The position numbers and the translations under genes were made by a program. Below, in pieces: positions 61,069 through 64,000 of a stretch of 64,000 nucleotides of DNA. Source of the stretch: a virus; IMG/VR virus record IMGVR_UViG_3300045988_105383, one strand, 5' to 3'. The notes under the pieces are model-generated. The model was not told where the DNA came from. It searched no databases and was given only the letters and a program-made list of their open reading frames with translations. Every line of letters starts with the position of its first letter. The first letter of the stretch is position 1.

Positions 61069-61296
61069 ATGTTTTACGATCATAACGAATATACCATCAT
61101 CGGCGGCCAGTTCATCGTGAACAAAACCAACAAACCCATGGAGCCCGGCGACATGGCTGCCATCCATGTCTACTCCGCCCCGGATGATATCTCTGGCGTT
61201 GAAACCTACGGCAAGGAGCTCGTCGCCCAGAACAGAGAGATCGTCGAAAAAGACGGCAAAAAGCAGCTCTGCAAAGTCGCCATCGTCCGTATCTAA
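61069..61296 (+). CDS. Hypothetical small protein
   Basis: 75 aa from MFYDHNEY behind AAAGGAG. Confidence 0.5.
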   Translation: MFYDHNEYTIIGGQFIVNKTNKPMEPGDMAAIHVYSAPDDISGVETYGKELVAQNREIVEKDGKKQLCKVAIVRI

Positions 61297-61300
61297 ACCA

Positions 61301-61335
61301 GAAACAGCCGCCCGATTGGGCGGCTGTTTCTTTTC
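61301..61335. terminator. Strong hairpin between convergent genes
   Basis: GAAACAGCCGCCC-gatt-GGGCGGCTGTTTC followed by TTTTC. Confidence 0.75.
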
Positions 61336-61519
61336 AAAAAACTACAATCAGAATTCCTGCGAAAGCCACAGCTATTCCAATACATAGAATTACCGATGTC
61401 AGGCATCCGTTCGGCTCCCCCTTCGGGTGTGACTGCCGCCAATAGGAATTGAACGCCTGCCGCGCCCTGTTCCTGCAATACCTTCCTCCAAATCCTCCCC
61501 AAGTTCCTCTCCGTCCCAT
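61334..61519 (-). CDS. Small protein with basic N-terminus and C-terminal TM helix
   Basis: 61 aa MGRRGTWGGFGGRYCRNRARQ...LTSVILCIGIAVAFAGILIVVF behind GGAGGT; only minus-strand gene in the array. Confidence 0.4.
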   Translation of the reverse strand: MGRRGTWGGFGGRYCRNRARQAFNSYWRQSHPKGEPNGCLTSVILCIGIAVAFAGILIVVF

Positions 61520-61554
61520 AATTTTACCTCCTATAATTTCTCCATAAAACAATA

Positions 61555-61583
61555 TTGACTTTTTGATAATCATAATATATAAT
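61555..61583 (+). promoter_or_regulatory. Sigma-A-type promoter
   Basis: TTGACT-17 nt-TATAAT. Confidence 0.6.
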
Positions 61584-61602
61584 GGTAATCAGAAAGTGAG
61601 GT

Positions 61603-61788
61603 GTGAACGTGACAAAACCGATGGGCCGTCCCAAAATTGAGAACCCGAAAGAAACGCAGCTTGGCGTTAGACTGAATACGGACGAATTACGAAAACTGGA
61701 CGAAAACGCCCAGCATTATAATGAAACCAGAACGCAGTCACTCCGACGTGGTATCGAAGTTTTGAACCAGGCCATAAAGTCAGAATAA
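61603..61788 (+). CDS. Ribbon-helix-helix (CopG/MobC-like) protein, start uncertain
   Basis: GRPKIENPKETQLGVRLNTDELRKLDENAQHYNETRTQSLRRGIEVL. Confidence 0.55.
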   Translation: MNVTKPMGRPKIENPKETQLGVRLNTDELRKLDENAQHYNETRTQSLRRGIEVLNQAIKSE

Positions 61789-62025
61789 TATAAAACGCCC
61801 CCTCTTTGCGGTTAGTTTGGCGACCGAGCGCAAAGAAGGAGCCTCCCTTGAGGGAATACCTCGCGGTAAATTTATTATACCGTGCAGTATACCCTCTGTC
61901 AAATGCAAATTTGAACGGAGGGGATTTTTATACCCATTTTCAGGTGTAACAAAAAACATTTTGGTTGCGTGCTACGCTTGAAATGAAGGGGCATCCCCCA
62001 TCAACTGATTTACGAGGAGAATTTT

Positions 62026-62823
62026 ATGGATTTACAAATGTTCAATAATCCGAGATTTGGTGAAGTTCGCACAATCGAAGAAGGCGGAAAGGTTTTGTTC
62101 TGTGGTAACGATATTGCAAAGGCACTCGGATATAAAAGCCCAAAGGATGCGATTGCCGCACATTGCAAGGGGGCGGTAAAACGCCGCCTAGGGGTGCAGA
62201 CTGGTACAAAAGCAGATGGAACTCCTGCTATGCAGGAAGTAGAAATGACTTTCATTCCAGAGGGTGACATTTACCGCCTTGCCGCTCGCTCCAAGCTACC
62301 GGGTGCAGACGAGTTCGAGAGATGGATTTTCGATGAAGTACTTCCCAGCATCCGGCGTAACGGCGCGTACATGACACCAGAAGTCATCGAGCGTACTCTG
62401 ACAGACCCGGATTACATCATCCAGCTTGCAACTACGCTCAAAATGGAGCAGCAAAAGCGCAGAGCGCTGGAAGAAAAGGTCAAGGCCGACGCGCCTGCGG
62501 TATTCTTCGCCGAAGCCGTCACCGGTGCGGACACAAACATCCTCATTCGGGACATGGCGAAGCTGCTTGCGCAAAACGGCACAGACATCGGCGGAAATCG
62601 ACTCTATGAAGTTTTGCGTCGGGACGGATATCTCATCAAATCGGGCAGCGATTACAACATGCCGACGCAGAAATCCATGGAACTTGGCTTGTTTTTCGTG
62701 CGTGAAACGCCGCGCATTTCAAAAGATGGTGCTGTGATTGACCGCACCACAAAGGTTACGCTAAAAGGGCAGAAATATTTCATCAACAAGTATGCGACCC
62801 AAAAAGCGCTCGCCAAAATGTAA
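62026..62823 (+). CDS. Bro-N plus KilAC-type antirepressor
   Basis: N-terminal FGEVRTIEEGGKVLFCGNDIAKALGY; C-terminal ILIRDMAKLLAQNGTDIGGNRLYEVLRRDGYLIK...PTQKSMELGLF. Confidence 0.8.
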   Translation: MDLQMFNNPRFGEVRTIEEGGKVLFCGNDIAKALGYKSPKDAIAAHCKGAVKRRLGVQTGTKADGTPAMQEVEMTFIPEGDIYRLAARSKLPGADEFERWIFDEVLPSIRRNGAYMTPEVIERTLTDPDYIIQLATTLKMEQQKRRALEEKVKADAPAVFFAEAVTGADTNILIRDMAKLLAQNGTDIGGNRLYEVLRRDGYLIKSGSDYNMPTQKSMELGLFFVRETPRISKDGAVIDRTTKVTLKGQKYFINKYATQKALAKM

Positions 62824-62838
62824 CAGGAGGATTTTGAT

Positions 62839-63042
62839 ATGACCATTCAGGAACTTGTGAACGTTATGGAAAAGCATGTCAAAAGATTCTCCGTCTTCTA
62901 CGACGAGGACGCGCTTGAGCTTGACACCTCCAATCCTATTGTGATGGCCGGTATCGGGCGGCTGACGGTCGATTCGGTCGACCCCATCCCCGTAGACGAT
63001 GGCGTGACCGTCTATATCCATCCTGCCGTCAAAATTCTGTGA
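62839..63042 (+). CDS. Hypothetical small protein (paralogue of next gene)
   Basis: MTIQELVNVMEKH...NPIVMAGIGRL. Confidence 0.45.
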   Translation: MTIQELVNVMEKHVKRFSVFYDEDALELDTSNPIVMAGIGRLTVDSVDPIPVDDGVTVYIHPAVKIL

Positions 63043-63075
63043 CCAGAAACCAAAATCCAAAGGAGAGTTCTCATA

Positions 63076-63282
63076 ATGACCATTAAAGAAGTTTATGACC
63101 ACATGGAGAATGTCGATGACTGGTGCGTCAGCGTTGACGGCGTTTCATCCCCAATCGTGTTAGAGAATCCGGCGATCATGTCCGGAGTTGCGAAGTTTCA
63201 TGTCCAGAAAGTCTATCTGCTTGCCGAGGCAGATAAAATTACTGCCGAACTGGCTCTCGCTACGACAATCGAATCCGATTAA
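63076..63282 (+). CDS. Hypothetical small protein (paralogue of previous gene)
   Basis: MTIKEVYDHMENV...NPAIMSGVAKF. Confidence 0.45.
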   Translation: MTIKEVYDHMENVDDWCVSVDGVSSPIVLENPAIMSGVAKFHVQKVYLLAEADKITAELALATTIESD

Positions 63283-63302
63283 AAGAATTTTTGAAAACTG
63301 GC

Positions 63303-63327
63303 GGGACAAATTCAGTCCTGCCAGTAT
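63303..63327 (+). promoter_or_regulatory. GGGACAA-N-GGTAG motif copy 11 (degenerate downstream half)
   Basis: GGGACAAATTCAGTCCTGCCAGTAT; 87 nt before ATG 63414; stem GGCGGGAC/GTCCTGCC 63300-63322. Confidence 0.45.
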
Positions 63328-63413
63328 CTATAAGGATGTAACATAATTCATTTTTTCGCCGTGATACGATAAAATCAGAGGCCACAAAACGTCAAAAAGA
63401 AAGGAAAAGAACC

Positions 63414-63767
63414 ATGGACGAACTTGACCGCAAAATCTACACACTCCTCAAGCGCATCGGCGTTCCTGCCGACATCGACGGATACGACTATATTTTCCAC
63501 GCCATCCGTCTTCTTGTCGACAACGGATACCGGAGCATTCCTATCACGAAACCCGGCGGGCTTTACGACCAGATCGCAGCACGCTACAAGACCATGCCGC
63601 TGCGCGTCGAACGCAGCATCCGCCATGCGGTAGAGCTGACATTCGACCGCATCCCGTACACCGTCAGCGAGCAGGTCTTCGGCGCAACGATCGACCCGAT
63701 GAAGGGGAAACTCACCAACAGCGATTTCATCCGGCAGCTCGCACTGGAGATTCGCTACAGCAACTAG
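63414..63767 (+). CDS. Stand-alone Spo0A C-terminal (DNA-binding) domain protein
   Basis: IGVPADIDGYDYIFHAI, LYDQIAARYKTMPLRVERSIRHAVE, KLTNSDFIRQLALEIR align with B. subtilis Spo0A IGVPAHIKGYLYLREAI / ASRVERAIRHAIE / KPTNSEFIAMVADKLR; no receiver domain. Confidence 0.85.
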   Translation: MDELDRKIYTLLKRIGVPADIDGYDYIFHAIRLLVDNGYRSIPITKPGGLYDQIAARYKTMPLRVERSIRHAVELTFDRIPYTVSEQVFGATIDPMKGKLTNSDFIRQLALEIRYSN

Positions 63768-63785
63768 AAAAAAATCTCAAAGGCC

Positions 63786-63809
63786 GGGACAAATTCAGAT
63801 TTCCGGTAG
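63786..63809 (+). promoter_or_regulatory. GGGACAA-N-GGTAG motif copy 12
   Basis: GGGACAAATTCAGATTTCCGGTAG; 36 nt before ATG 63845. Confidence 0.6.
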
Positions 63810-63844
63810 CATTCAAAACACACAACATTTTAGGAGGTAGCACC

Positions 63845-64000
63845 ATGCGTCATTCCCGCACAAATCTCACCCTTCTCCCGGCCTGTCTGCCGGAGAACGT
63901 CTTCGAGCCCATCGTTGACCGCCATCACGCAGAAGTCCGTCTCCGTTCCGCCCAGCGGGCGGAGGCGGAGCGGATTCACCGTCTTCGCTGCCGTGTCCGC
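63845..64000 (+). CDS. Hypothetical protein, 3' end outside window
   Basis: ATG behind AGGAGGT; open to the window edge (MRHSRTNLTLLPACLPENVF...). Confidence 0.45.
   Translation, partial: MRHSRTNLTLLPACLPENVFEPIVDRHHAEVRLRSAQRAEAERIHRLRCRVR

Larger units (their letters stand above)
42472..64000. mobile_element. Second phage/MGE-like block (replication module, sigma-like regulator, divergent switch, unidirectional small-gene array); tandem element or other arm of the same circular genome
   Basis: DnaC-like, DUF1376, SSB, DUF3310, Bro-N/KilAC, DUF3560, ArdC-N-like genes; no structural genes or integrase inside the window. Confidence 0.5.

Noticed and set aside
63845-64000. Circular junction between window end and window start (the 63845 frame would continue in phase into bases 1-39 and stop at 37-39, overlapping the GTG at 36)
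   Set aside because: The window is an arbitrary 64,000-base slice. In-phase continuity over 13 codons is weak evidence and cannot be tested without the flanking sequence.

Overview
The whole window is mobile-element DNA; I recognise no chromosomal housekeeping gene. All calls rest on reading the supplied ORF translations and the raw sequence by eye. No searches were run, so family names are motif-level recognitions, not database hits.

**Block 1 (about 1-42.4 kb)** is a temperate long-tailed phage.
- A short plus-strand accessory operon (HNH endonuclease, Lar-like zinc ribbon) ends at a bidirectional terminator at about 1.7 kb.
- A roughly 37 kb minus-strand transcription unit converges on that terminator. 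It runs from a cro-like gene (39.1 kb) through:
  - a Bro-N antirepressor;
  - a YqaJ exonuclease / DUF1351 / RecT / OB-fold recombination module;
  - DUF1064 and dUTPase;
  - a sigma-A-type promoter with a leader terminator;
  - terminase, portal, scaffold and capsid;
  - a block of Ig-like and fibre-like virion proteins, including a stand-alone dockerin;
  - a tube-like protein and a 1.8k-aa tape measure;
  - a 942-aa tail protein carrying a seven-blade Asp-box propeller;
  - holin and amidase endolysin.
- A plus-strand lysogeny arm follows: a cI-like HTH protein, a membrane-anchored XRE protein and a tyrosine integrase.
- It ends at an attP-like region. This contains a 27-nt tRNA 3'-end fragment (42445-42471) flanked on both sides by short direct repeats.

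**Block 2 (42.5-64 kb)** is either a second tandem element or the other arm of the same circular genome.
- A minus-strand replication module holds a DnaC-like loader, a DUF1376 organizer, SSB, a SleB-type hydrolase, DUF3310, many small Cys-rich proteins and a half-size beta-clamp homologue.
- Next come about 1 kb of repeat-rich non-coding DNA and an ECF-like sigma candidate.
- A divergent switch follows, with three palindromic operators.
- A plus-strand array of about 25 small genes completes the block.

**Most unusual signal.** Twelve same-strand copies of a fixed-spacing bipartite motif, GGGACAA-N12/13-GGTAG, lie within that array. In 11 of 12 cases the motif ends 33-43 nt upstream of a start codon. 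Several copies sit inside covarying hairpins. I read this as an element-specific promoter regulon, possibly driven by the adjacent sigma-like gene. It controls a host-takeover or anti-defence-like gene set that includes an ArdC-N-like protein, a DUF3560 protein and a stand-alone Spo0A C-terminal domain.
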